A DNA stretch of 64,000 nt from Candidatus Latescibacterota bacterium (GTDB lineage Bacteria > Latescibacterota > UBA2968 > SICM01): the NCBI GenBank assembly GCA_965217865.1, contig CBDCJO010000002.1:1696001-1760000 (forward strand). The letters run 5' to 3'. Below are positions 42,514 to 52,390 of this stretch, one piece after another. The translations under genes were made by a program, and so were the position numbers. Below the pieces are notes generated by a model. That model had not been told where the DNA came from, did not search any database, and worked only from the letters and a program-made list of their open reading frames with translations. The number at the start of each line of letters is the position of its first letter. Position 1 is the stretch's first letter.

Positions 42514-42933
42514 ATGGCATCTGAATTCCATACAAAACGGCGAATAGAATTCTCCGACACGGACATGGCCGGGATCGTTCATTTTGCCCGGTTTTTTGTT
42601 TTCATGGAAGCCGCCGAGCACGAATTCCTTCGTTCCCTCGACATGAGTGTCTCGATGGAGCACGATGGAAACGTGATCAGCTGGCCCAGGCTGTCCACTT
42701 CGTGCGAATACCTGCATCCTGTCAGGTTCGAGGACGAGCTGGGTATCCATCTGAAGGTTGAAAGGATTGGCACCAAATCCATCACATACCAATTTGAATT
42801 TTCAAACGGAGATGCGATCGTTGCCCGGGGAAAGCTGAAGGCTGTTTGTTGCATCTGCAATCCGGGGGAAGATATGAAGGCGACTCCGATACCCAATTTT
42901 ATCACGGAACGGATGAAGGGAGAATCCGCGTAA
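42514..42933 (+). CDS. Acyl-CoA thioesterase (4HBT/YbgC hotdog family)
   Basis: FSDTDMAGIVHF motif and P.RFED. Confidence 0.9.
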   Translation: MASEFHTKRRIEFSDTDMAGIVHFARFFVFMEAAEHEFLRSLDMSVSMEHDGNVISWPRLSTSCEYLHPVRFEDELGIHLKVERIGTKSITYQFEFSNGDAIVARGKLKAVCCICNPGEDMKATPIPNFITERMKGESA

Positions 42934-42982
42934 GGGAAGGAGAAAACGGATCTCTCAGGTTTAAACCTGATCGAAGCCGACC

Positions 42983-43666
42983 ATGTCCAGCTCGCCATCA
43001 CTTAAAGTTTCCGATATCACCAAAAGCTTCGAGAGAGAAGCGGGTCCCATCGAGGTGCTCAAGGGAATTTCGTTTGAGATGACCGAGGGTCAATCGCTTG
43101 CGATTACCGGTCCCTCGGGTTCCGGAAAGAGCACCCTTTTGCATTTGATCGGTTCTTTGGACAGGCCGTCGGCCGGATTGGTCGAGATCAATGGGATCGA
43201 TCCAGCCGGTCTTCGAGAACCGGAATTAGCCCGATTTCGGAACCGTGTCGTGGGTTTCGTCTTTCAGGACCACCATCTTTTGCAGCAGTATTCCGTTCTT
43301 GAAAATGTGCTCATTCCCACCCTGGCGCACGGCAAACCTGATTCCGAATCCGAAAATCGTGCAAGAGAAATCCTCGAACGGGTCGGGCTTTCCGAACGCC
43401 TGGATCATCTCCCTTCGGCGTTATCCGGGGGAGAATGCCAGCGGGTTGCGGTCGCACGAGCGCTAATTAATCGTCCCGCACTTTTGCTCTGCGATGAGCC
43501 CACGGGCAATCTCGACCGAAATACCGCCCATTCTGTCGCCTCGGTTTTATTCGAACTCCACCGCGCAGAAAAGAATATCCTGATCGTTGTGACCCACAGC
43601 CTCGACCACCTCCCCCTTTTTGATCGGTGTTTGGAATTGAAGGAGGGAACTTGCGTCGAAGTTTAA
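42983..43666 (+). CDS. ABC ATP-binding protein (LolD/MacB-like)
   Basis: GPSGSGKS, GFVFQ, LSGGE, DEPTGNLD. Confidence 0.92.
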   Translation: MSSSPSLKVSDITKSFEREAGPIEVLKGISFEMTEGQSLAITGPSGSGKSTLLHLIGSLDRPSAGLVEINGIDPAGLREPELARFRNRVVGFVFQDHHLLQQYSVLENVLIPTLAHGKPDSESENRAREILERVGLSERLDHLPSALSGGECQRVAVARALINRPALLLCDEPTGNLDRNTAHSVASVLFELHRAEKNILIVVTHSLDHLPLFDRCLELKEGTCVEV

Positions 43667-46600
43667 TCTATTTCTGGCGCGTCAACACGGCGGTGATCGT
43701 TGCCGCCGCGATTGCCACTTCGGTACTCACGGGTGCGTTTCTTGTGGGTGATTCCGTCCGGGGGAGCCTGAGAGACCTCACCCTGGATCGGCTGGGTCGA
43801 ATCGATTATGCGTTGACCTCAGACCGGTTTTTCCGCGAAGGTTTAGCACGCGAACTGTCCAACGAGAGGTCCTTTTCATCCCGGTTTGATGATGCTGTTC
43901 CTGCGATTTTGTTGAACGGGTCCGCACTGGACGTCAAGGTGGGATCGAGGGCTTCCGGCATCCAAATCCAAGGCATCGATGAACGCTTCCTGGCCCTGAT
44001 GGCCGACCAGCCGGGGTTTCCCGACGGATTCTTCCTGAAGAGACCGGATCAAAACTTCCCTTCGATCGTCATCAACGAATCCCTTCAGAGGGAGCTGGGT
44101 TCCGAAATCGGCGATCCCATCCTGATCTCTTTTGAAAGACAGAGCGAGGTTCACCGTGAATCCCTGCTTGGCCGCCGAAACTCCGCGGACGTCGTTCGAT
44201 CCCTCCGACTCACCCTTACTCATGTCATCCCGGACCGGGGTACCGGAAGGTTCGGTCTTCGACCCCGTCAGGGCACCCCGCTGAATGCCTTCGTCTCTCT
44301 ACCTGTGTTGGCCCAAGCCCTTGGACAGGAGGGCCGGGTCAACACCCTTTTAACGGGTCAAAAGGGGTCATCCCCGCCCGGCTTCTCCGAGCGGAATGGG
44401 ACGCAAACGCTGCAGGCCCTACTCGGGGGCGTTTTGAAGCTGGACGACCTGGGCTTAATTCTGCGGCGGGACATGGACCGTGTTTCTCTCGAAAGCAAAC
44501 GGTACTTGCTTTCCCCTCACACGGTCGAGGTTGCAAGATCGCTTTCGATTGAGCTCAGGACGCCGCATTTGCCCCTTTTCACTTATCTGGCAAATTCCAT
44601 CAGGGGGAACAAACGAACCATTCCTTATTCGACGATCACCGCCATTGATTTCGATTGGATCGGAAGACCTGAAGAGCAGGGGGTATTCGGGCAGATACGA
44701 TGGGCCAGTGGAACACCCGGAGGCCAACTGGCGGATGACGAGATCCTGTTGAATGAATGGACAGCCCAGGATCTGGGCGTGAAAGTCGGTGATCCCGTGA
44801 AGGTCGCTTACTATGTTGTGGGTCCGGGGGAAGAGCTTCATACCCGAGAAACGAAATTCCGGTTGAAGGGCGTTCTGGAGCTCAGCGGGTTTGCCGCAGA
44901 TCCCGGGTTGGCACCGAAATTTCCCGGAATCCTGGACGCGGATGATATTTCGGCCTGGGAGGCCCCCTTTCCGATGGACATGAAACAAATTCGTCCGAAA
45001 GATGAGGCCTACTGGGATGAGTTTGGCGCCGCTCCCAAGGCCTTTATATCAGGAAGGACGGGAAAACGCTTATGGGGAAACCGATTCGGGAGTCTTACCG
45101 GGATCTGGATCGGTTCGCCACCCGGAGGTGATCTGGAGGGGACGCTGGTCGACTTTCGTAAAGGGTTGTTGGACAGGATTAGGCCAGAGGAAGTCGGTCT
45201 TGCCTTCATCCCTGTCAAAGCGGAAGGATTAGGGGCGGCTACGGGGGCCACGGATTTCAGCGGTCTGTTCATTGGATTCAGCCTGTTTCTGATCGTGTCT
45301 GCGGCCCTTCTGGTCGGATTGCTTTTCAGGCTGGGCGTGGAGGAGCGGGTTAAGGAGGTGGGAACGTTGCTGTCGCTGGGTTATCCGATGCCCGCAATCC
45401 GTCGGCGTTTTATGGGGGAGGGGATTATCCTGGCCGGGATCGGTGGGATGCTTGGGGTTGGAGGTGCGGTCGTGTATGCCTGGCTGCTTACCTTGGGTTT
45501 GCGAACCTGGTGGTTGGCGGCAGTAGGGAGCCCTTTTATCTTCCTCCACATCGACCCACTCAGTCTGGCCGGTGGTTACCTCATCTCTCTCCTGGTGGCG
45601 CTGATTTCCATCCGGTTCTCGTTTCGATTGTTCGGCCGAATGCCTGTCCGGGCTTTATTGTCCGGTGTCGTGGACATGATTCGGGGCGGATCGGCCAGGA
45701 TGGCCAGGAGGTTGGGTTATTTTGGTCTGAGCCTGGGTGTTTTTTTGATCGTCGCTGCCCTTATCCGGGGGACGGGATCATCCGTGGAGCTTTTTTTTGG
45801 GAGCGGTGCGGCCTTTCTGACCGGGGGTCTGGCCTTTTTCTCCGTGTGGATCCAATCGCGGAGGCATCGAGGAAAGTATCGGCTGGGTTTTGGAACAATT
45901 TTAAGAATGGGAGCTAGTAACTGTGCGCGTCGTCCCGGGCGCAGCCTTCTCTGTACAGGTCTGGTGGGTTGTGCGTGCTTTGTCATCGTATCGGTGGGGT
46001 CGAGTCGTCGGGAGGAGATGCCATCTGGAACGGCGACAGGGACCGGGGGGTTCGATCTAGTTGCGGAATCGGACATCCCGCTACATCACGATCTTAACAC
46101 TGAAGCGGGCAGGTTTGAGATGGGATTTCCGAAGGAAGGGGGGTGGCTTAAGGATTCCGTAGTCTTTCCTTTTCGAACCCTCCCGGGAGAGGATGTGAGC
46201 TGTCTCAATCTTTATCGACCGGAAAGACCGAGAATTCTCGGAGTTTCCCGTGGCATGATAAGTCGGGGGGGATTTCAATTTCAGGAGGTCCTAAGCCGGA
46301 CTCTTGAGGAGGCGGAAAACCCGTGGCTCATCTTAGAGAAAGAAATCGAGCCGGGGGTGATTCCGGCGATCGGGGATTACAACTCGGTCCGATGGATTTT
46401 ACATCTGGGGCTGGGCCAGGATCTGAACATCCGGGACGAATCGGGCAGGGAGACACGGCTTCGCCTGGTCGGACTTTTGCACAACAGCCTGTTTCAGGGG
46501 GAGCTGTTGATTTCGGAAGCTTCGTTTACAAGGCTTTTTCCCAACAGGAGCGGTTACGGATATTTCCTCGTCGAGACGCCTCCCGCAAAGGACCGCGAGG

Positions 46601-47079
46601 TCGCGTTTGAACTGGAGCAAAATCTCGGCACCTATGGCTTCGACGTTTCTCGAACGGGCGAAAAGTTGGCCCGATACCAGTCCGTTGAAAACACGTACCT
46701 ATCGACGTTTCAAACGCTGGGCGGTCTCGGGCTGATTCTGGGAACTTTCGGCCTGGGGATTGTCCTGATTAGAAATGCAATCGAAAGACGTGGCGAACTG
46801 GCCACCCTGCGCGCGTTCGGTTTCCGCCGATCGACACTGATGACAATGCTTCTGGCTGAGAACGGTTTTACTCTCGTCCTCGGTCTTCTGATCGGGAGTG
46901 TCTCGGCACTCATCGCCGTGGCGCCCCATTTGATCAGCCAGGGAGGGAATATTCCCTGGTTTTCCCTTATTATCACTTTGATCCTGGTCGGCCTTTTTGG
47001 TTTGGCGGCCAGCGCCGCAGCGGCCTTCTATGCGGTCAAAGCTCCCCTTATGCCTTCCCTCAAATCGGAGAGGGGTTGA
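43627..47079 (+). CDS. Large FtsX/MacB-type ABC permease with two repeats (start uncertain)
   Basis: VGDSVRGSL; two ER..E..L..LG/FG FtsX motifs; large periplasmic loops. Confidence 0.85.
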   Translation: MFGIEGGNLRRSLIYFWRVNTAVIVAAAIATSVLTGAFLVGDSVRGSLRDLTLDRLGRIDYALTSDRFFREGLARELSNERSFSSRFDDAVPAILLNGSALDVKVGSRASGIQIQGIDERFLALMADQPGFPDGFFLKRPDQNFPSIVINESLQRELGSEIGDPILISFERQSEVHRESLLGRRNSADVVRSLRLTLTHVIPDRGTGRFGLRPRQGTPLNAFVSLPVLAQALGQEGRVNTLLTGQKGSSPPGFSERNGTQTLQALLGGVLKLDDLGLILRRDMDRVSLESKRYLLSPHTVEVARSLSIELRTPHLPLFTYLANSIRGNKRTIPYSTITAIDFDWIGRPEEQGVFGQIRWASGTPGGQLADDEILLNEWTAQDLGVKVGDPVKVAYYVVGPGEELHTRETKFRLKGVLELSGFAADPGLAPKFPGILDADDISAWEAPFPMDMKQIRPKDEAYWDEFGAAPKAFISGRTGKRLWGNRFGSLTGIWIGSPPGGDLEGTLVDFRKGLLDRIRPEEVGLAFIPVKAEGLGAATGATDFSGLFIGFSLFLIVSAALLVGLLFRLGVEERVKEVGTLLSLGYPMPAIRRRFMGEGIILAGIGGMLGVGGAVVYAWLLTLGLRTWWLAAVGSPFIFLHIDPLSLAGGYLISLLVALISIRFSFRLFGRMPVRALLSGVVDMIRGGSARMARRLGYFGLSLGVFLIVAALIRGTGSSVELFFGSGAAFLTGGLAFFSVWIQSRRHRGKYRLGFGTILRMGASNCARRPGRSLLCTGLVGCACFVIVSVGSSRREEMPSGTATGTGGFDLVAESDIPLHHDLNTEAGRFEMGFPKEGGWLKDSVVFPFRTLPGEDVSCLNLYRPERPRILGVSRGMISRGGFQFQEVLSRTLEEAENPWLILEKEIEPGVIPAIGDYNSVRWILHLGLGQDLNIRDESGRETRLRLVGLLHNSLFQGELLISEASFTRLFPNRSGYGYFLVETPPAKDREVAFELEQNLGTYGFDVSRTGEKLARYQSVENTYLSTFQTLGGLGLILGTFGLGIVLIRNAIERRGELATLRAFGFRRSTLMTMLLAENGFTLVLGLLIGSVSALIAVAPHLISQGGNIPWFSLIITLILVGLFGLAASAAAAFYAVKAPLMPSLKSERG

Positions 47080-47101
47080 TCTCCAAGAAGCAGGAGATAT
47101 A

Positions 47102-48733
47102 TCAGGAGTCGGGGGCCGGATCCAATGGCAACTCGTAACACGCAGCCTCCCGGTCGTTCCTGACGAGTAGATAAGATCCGGCCAGCGCCGGATTGTTCCA
47201 TGTCTTGCCCCTGAGTGCCGGAAAGCTGCTGAGCTCTTTGAATCGGTTCGGGTCTGCTTCGACCAGTGCAATCTCGCCTGATTCGGCCAGTACGATCAAG
47301 ATGTCTCCAACCAGGATCATCTGTCCGTGTCCGTAGCGCCCCCGCTTCCACGCGCGTTGACCGTCGGTGAGATTCAAACAGACCAGGACACCGTCATCCA
47401 GCCCATATAGATATCCCCCGCGGTGAACGACGTTCGTGAACTTGGCCTTAAGGCGTGTTGTCTCCCAAACGAGCGTTGCTTCCAAATTTCCTTTCTCATT
47501 CCGAAAAATCTGAAACAGCTTGCAGCCGATACCATAGCCGCTTGAAACGAATACGCGATCCCCGGGCAAGGGGACGGGTTGAGCGACGCATTCCACGCCT
47601 TCAGGCCATGGATGCTCCCAGAGGAGACTCCCGGTGACCGGATCGTGTGATGCCACATTTGCCCGGTTGAAGATGAGGATTTGAGGGACCCCCGCCAGCC
47701 TGGTGATCAGGGGAGAGCTATAGCCCGCGGGATCCTCTCCCCCGCCCCACACGAGCCGGCCGGACTCCTGGTGGTAAGCGATCAGGGACCTTCCCCCATG
47801 CCCTCCAGCACTGACTACGACGAGACTGTCGATGATCAGCGGAGAACCGCTCATCCCCCAGTGGTTCATGTTTGCGTTGTTCGATTCGATGATATCGTGA
47901 GACCAGATCCGCCTTCCCGTTCGAAGATCGAGACAGTTGAGGATTCCGGTGGCGCCCAGGGTGTAGACACGATTCTTTTCGATCGTCGGTGTGGCTCGAG
48001 GCCCGATCCCTGCAAGGGTCGTCTCATACCTGGTTTTATCGCTGTGCCGCCACCTTTCCTGACCGGTTTTCAGGTCGTAACAGACGACCATCTCCAGTTC
48101 CCCGCTCTGCTCCTGAGTGACCGCATCATTACCGACAACCGCGAATGCGGACCAACCCTCCCCGATTTCCCTTCTCCATATCAATCGCGGCGGACGCTTC
48201 GACCAATCCCGTGATATGGGGATCCCCGGGAGGACCGCATTACGATCCGGTCCCAGAAACTGCGGGTAGTCCTCAACTGAAGACGAGGGTGCACTATCGA
48301 TATCGTGTAAGAAAGTGTCAGGAACGATCGTGTTCATTCCTGAACGCTCAACCCATCGCCAAGTTAGAATGGGAACCATGTCTCCACTCACGCCACCGAC
48401 CCGGAGCAGACCCACGGACGAAGCAAACACGAGGAGGAAGACAGCGAACACAAGCAGACGAATTTTCAGGGATGTACGGGAAAAGAACAGCCACCAGATC
48501 AGGAGCGCTAGGACCGTCACGATCGACACGGATATCGTCTTAAAGGCCTGCGATTGTCGGCTCGGGGCGTCGGATGACCATATGAAGACGATCAACAATA
48601 GGGACAACAGAACCACAACGGGAAGGGGCCACCAGCGGATGGGATTCCCGGATGAACGTTCCCCTTCCGGTTTCCGAGAAGCGCCTGATCCGCGGGACCG
48701 GATCGATTTCAGGATTGATATGATGCCACCCAT
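47102..48733 (-). CDS. Membrane-anchored PQQ-binding-like beta-propeller protein
   Basis: Three N-terminal TM helices, DYPQFLGPDRN, GPRATP, GYSSP, KTWNNPALAG. Confidence 0.88.
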   Translation of the reverse strand: MGGIISILKSIRSRGSGASRKPEGERSSGNPIRWWPLPVVVLLSLLLIVFIWSSDAPSRQSQAFKTISVSIVTVLALLIWWLFFSRTSLKIRLLVFAVFLLVFASSVGLLRVGGVSGDMVPILTWRWVERSGMNTIVPDTFLHDIDSAPSSSVEDYPQFLGPDRNAVLPGIPISRDWSKRPPRLIWRREIGEGWSAFAVVGNDAVTQEQSGELEMVVCYDLKTGQERWRHSDKTRYETTLAGIGPRATPTIEKNRVYTLGATGILNCLDLRTGRRIWSHDIIESNNANMNHWGMSGSPLIIDSLVVVSAGGHGGRSLIAYHQESGRLVWGGGEDPAGYSSPLITRLAGVPQILIFNRANVASHDPVTGSLLWEHPWPEGVECVAQPVPLPGDRVFVSSGYGIGCKLFQIFRNEKGNLEATLVWETTRLKAKFTNVVHRGGYLYGLDDGVLVCLNLTDGQRAWKRGRYGHGQMILVGDILIVLAESGEIALVEADPNRFKELSSFPALRGKTWNNPALAGSYLLVRNDREAACYELPLDPAPDS

Positions 48734-48859
48734 TCGACAAGGAGGGATATATGAAACGGATATCGATGACTCTTACAACACTTCGGGTGTAAAATATAAC
48801 GAGAATCTGGAGAGAAGCCGGGGAGTTTATTTAGGATGAAATGGATGCTGACATTGGTG

Positions 48860-48887
48860 TTGACATCTTATGGATCCCGTATATACT
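48860..48887 (+). promoter_or_regulatory. Sigma70-like promoter
   Basis: TTGACA-16 nt-TATACT upstream of 48971. Confidence 0.65.
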
Positions 48888-48970
48888 TATCACCGTTACC
48901 GACGATCCAGGTTTCGTGGGATTGTCGGGAAACGACGGATGAGAGTGTCTAACGATCACTGGAGGATGCG

Positions 48971-49828
48971 ATGAATAAAAAAACCGAACGGCCCAAAATT
49001 CGTCACATGGCCCATTTGGTGTCCCTGCTGGAGTCTGGTAAGCGTAAATTGACCATAGAGCAGGGGCTGAAGCTTGTCAAAGAGGCCGGCTTCGACGGGT
49101 TTACGGGGCGGGTGCCGATGATCACTCGGGAACACGTAGAGAAATCAGGTCTTCTTTTCGCCGCAACGGTGGATATCGGGGGAATTCCGGAGATCAAGTC
49201 CAAACTCCGAGCCATCAAGGCGGTCGGGACTCGGTGCGTGAACGTTCAGATGCTCGACCACGATACGCCGACCAAACGCGCTATCGAGGTGGGCCGTCGG
49301 GTGATGGCTGCCTCTGAAGAGCTAGAAATGGATGTTTCCATAGAGGTCCATCGGGACACTTGCACGGAAACGCCGGAAAAGGCCTACGCCCTGGCGAAAG
49401 GATATGAAAAGGCCGAGGGACGGCCTTTGAAAATGACGTGGGATTTTTCGCATCCCGCGGTGATTAAACATCTCAGGCCGCCATACTGGGACCGGCTTGC
49501 CGAACGACCTGACCTGATTCAGCTTGCCAACCAATTTCACTTCAGACCGTTTAACGGGCACCACGCCCAGATTCCCGCGCTGGGCAAAGGTGGAAAATTC
49601 ACGCCAGAATTCGTGGATTGGTTGGAATTTTCCGAAAAGGTCATCCAATGCTGGCTTCAAACCGCTACCGCCGGAAGGGAGATGATCGTCTGCCCGGAAC
49701 AGATCGCAGGCGGTTATTTTCTTTCCGTTTTCGGGGATCGCTGGAAGGATGTGAAGGCGATTCGGAAAGCGGTGGACCGGGTCTGGAAGAAAAACGTCAA
49801 ACGGTGGAAACCACCGAGAAGAAGGTGA
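48971..49828 (+). CDS. Xylose-isomerase-like TIM-barrel protein
   Basis: AGFDG, IEVHRD, WDFSH, HFR and CPE metal-site pattern. Confidence 0.7.
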   Translation: MNKKTERPKIRHMAHLVSLLESGKRKLTIEQGLKLVKEAGFDGFTGRVPMITREHVEKSGLLFAATVDIGGIPEIKSKLRAIKAVGTRCVNVQMLDHDTPTKRAIEVGRRVMAASEELEMDVSIEVHRDTCTETPEKAYALAKGYEKAEGRPLKMTWDFSHPAVIKHLRPPYWDRLAERPDLIQLANQFHFRPFNGHHAQIPALGKGGKFTPEFVDWLEFSEKVIQCWLQTATAGREMIVCPEQIAGGYFLSVFGDRWKDVKAIRKAVDRVWKKNVKRWKPPRRR

Positions 49829-49960
49829 AACGGGAAAAACTAGTAGCAGTGGCAGTAGCAGGAAAGGTAAAGGCGGGGGTCGGATGTCGGATGTCGGATG
49901 TCGGAAGTCAGGGGTCAGGGAGAGAAAAAACCGTGAGACGTGAGAAATCGTGAAACGAGA
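49825..49960 (+). repeat. Composite repeat cassette
   Basis: AGTAGC/AGTGGC, GTCGGAT x3 and GTGAGAC units. Confidence 0.85.
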
Positions 49961-50100
49961 AAAGATGAATCGCTATGGGTAAAACTTAGATACCCGCAGC
50001 AGGAGTCATTCCGGGAGGATTCGTATACCCCTTGAATGTTGGCTAAAATTATGTTAAATTTGGATATTGGAATAAGCCATGACGTATATCTAACTTCATA

Positions 50101-51018
50101 GTGGAGGCACACGTGTCTGTCCAGGTGGAAAAGGGTTATCCTCTCTGTCCTGAAAAATTGGAAGAAAAGCAGATTCAACAGTTTCGGGAGAACGGTTTTC
50201 TCGCATATGAAGGCATCATTTCATCCGAGGAGGTGGAGGCCGCCCGGTCGGCTTTAACGGAAATTACCGTTAAGGGGATCGAAGAAGCCCAGCGGGGAGA
50301 GGCGGAAGTCATACAACCGGATAAAAATGCGACGAAGAATTATTCCGGTGTGCGCATCCAAAGGTCCAATGAAAGGGCTGGGATTCATTTCGAGCCCGGT
50401 TTCGATCCTTTGGCGATGAGCCCTGAAGAGGCGGAACTGAAAATCCGGAAGCTTCACGGGTACAATCAAGATCATCCGGACCTTCAATCCCTGGTGATAC
50501 ATCCAAAAATAAAGGGAAATGTTGAGGCTCTGATGGGATATGAGGCGATTCTAAGGGGCGACATGGCGCTGTCGAAACCACCGTTTATCGGATCGGAAAA
50601 GCCCTGGCATCAGGACAACGCGTATTTCGTGCATATTCCCTTGGACTCGGTCATCACGGCATGGATCACGCTGGACGATGCAACTGTCGAAAATGGGTGT
50701 ATGCACGTGATACCCGGTGGACATAAGCTCGGGGCCTTCAAACATGAGCACAGGATCGACTGCCAGATCGTTGAAGGACGGCTTGATGTAAGCAAGGCCG
50801 TGCCGATCGAGTTGAAGGCCGGTGGAGGTATGTTCTTCTCGGGTATGTTGCCCCATGAAACCCCACCGAATCACACCGAAAAACGACGTCGGGCACTCCA
50901 ATTCCAGTACCGTGGATCGAATACGCTAACCTTGACACGTGAGGAATTCGCCAAGGTTTTCGTTGAAGCGGACGGAACCCCGGCTTCGTGTGCGGTCGCG
51001 GAGCGGATCATCGGGTAA
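50101..51018 (+). CDS. Phytanoyl-CoA dioxygenase (PhyH) family protein
   Basis: KPWHQD, WITLDDA..NGCM..PGGH, PHETPPN..RR; canonical HxD..H triad. Confidence 0.9.
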   Translation: MEAHVSVQVEKGYPLCPEKLEEKQIQQFRENGFLAYEGIISSEEVEAARSALTEITVKGIEEAQRGEAEVIQPDKNATKNYSGVRIQRSNERAGIHFEPGFDPLAMSPEEAELKIRKLHGYNQDHPDLQSLVIHPKIKGNVEALMGYEAILRGDMALSKPPFIGSEKPWHQDNAYFVHIPLDSVITAWITLDDATVENGCMHVIPGGHKLGAFKHEHRIDCQIVEGRLDVSKAVPIELKAGGGMFFSGMLPHETPPNHTEKRRRALQFQYRGSNTLTLTREEFAKVFVEADGTPASCAVAERIIG

Positions 51019-51210
51019 AAAGAAAAGATGTCAAAGACCAGGGTTCCAAATTGATGACTCAAGAGTCTGAGAAAGTGCTGGAAGGGATTTGAGCCTTTCG
51101 GACTTCCCCTTGGCAGTGTTCGGTGACCACAGGCCAAGGCTGGAACTTGAGCCTCAGCGATAAAACCGGTGTCCCTCTGAAAAACGGGTTTAAGACATCA
51201 CGGATGCGAC

Positions 51211-51942
51211 ATGTCCCTTCCTAGAATTCTGATCGCGGATGACGAACCCACGGTTCGGAATTTTTTAAAACAGTGGCTGGTGTCGAAACCTCTGTCCATC
51301 GAAATCGTAGACGGTGGGCGGAAGGCCCTGGAACTCCTGGGTGAAACTTCCTTCGATGTCGCTGTTCTCGATCTCTACATGCCGGACATGGACGGCCTCG
51401 AGGTCCTGCAGGCGGTCCGAAAAAAGGGAATTCAAACCGATGTTGTCTTTATGACGGCTTACAGCACTAAAGACGGAACCCTTGAAAAAGCCGTCGAAGC
51501 GATGAAGGTTGGCGCTGTCGATTTCCTGTCAAAACCTTTCGAGTTGAATGAATTTTTAAACCTCATCTACAGACTGATCGAACGACGTCAACCGTCTCCT
51601 CATATTCTTGCGGAACGTTTGGACGGATTCCTGGAGAAGAATGCTTTTAGTCCTTCGCTGAGGTTGGATGATCTATGCCAGCGATTTAGGATCTCACCAA
51701 GCTATGCAACCAAGTTGTTTCGGGAAAATATCGGGATTTCATTCAGGAAGCGTCTGGCTTATCATCGCCTTCAAAAGGCAAAACGTCTGCTTGAATCGAC
51801 CCACGATCCACTGTCGAGTATTGCCGAGGAGTGCGGCTTCAAGAATTACCATCGGCTCACGGAGGCCTTTCGAAGGCAAGAGGGAATGCCTCCTGGTAAG
51901 TTCCGCAAGATATCCGCCGATGAGGTTTTCACAAATCGATGA
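51211..51942 (+). CDS. Response regulator with C-terminal AraC HTH
   Basis: IADDE, DLYMP, KPF; IAEECGF..F.R..G.PP..FR. Confidence 0.9.
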   Translation: MSLPRILIADDEPTVRNFLKQWLVSKPLSIEIVDGGRKALELLGETSFDVAVLDLYMPDMDGLEVLQAVRKKGIQTDVVFMTAYSTKDGTLEKAVEAMKVGAVDFLSKPFELNEFLNLIYRLIERRQPSPHILAERLDGFLEKNAFSPSLRLDDLCQRFRISPSYATKLFRENIGISFRKRLAYHRLQKAKRLLESTHDPLSSIAEECGFKNYHRLTEAFRRQEGMPPGKFRKISADEVFTNR

Positions 51943-52390
51943 ATTAGACACACCTCCCAAAGCCTTCCAACCCGATCGATTCCCATCCGAATCCTCCCGG
52001 TTTCCCCTCCGCACAGATTCAAACGCGTATTCCTTTCCCGAATTATCAATGTTAGGATCAACGCTTATCCATCCAGTCGTCAGTAAAGTCTGGATGACGA
52101 AATAGGTCGATTTCCCCTTTTCAGGAGCTTGACGATGAAAATTGGTGCTGTATGACGTATAAATTATTTATAAACGTATAAGCAAACGCTTGCATCCAAA
52201 CTGATTCGCACTATCTTCTTTAATAGAGATCAGCCCATTTCACCCCCCCCCTTGCGATCGGTCCTTCCCTCCGTCTAAGCGAGATAAATACCCTCCATAA
52301 ACTTCATATTTTTTTACTGGCATCCATATCAAATCACCCAGACAACCCCTGATTCATCAAGCCGCATTTCCATCTTCAAGTCGGGAGAAT

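Noticed and set aside
8950-49960. Intergenic repeats as CRISPR arrays
   Set aside because: Units are 6-7 nt, degenerate and tandem, with no constant 23-47 nt repeat separated by unique spacers; no cas genes in the window.
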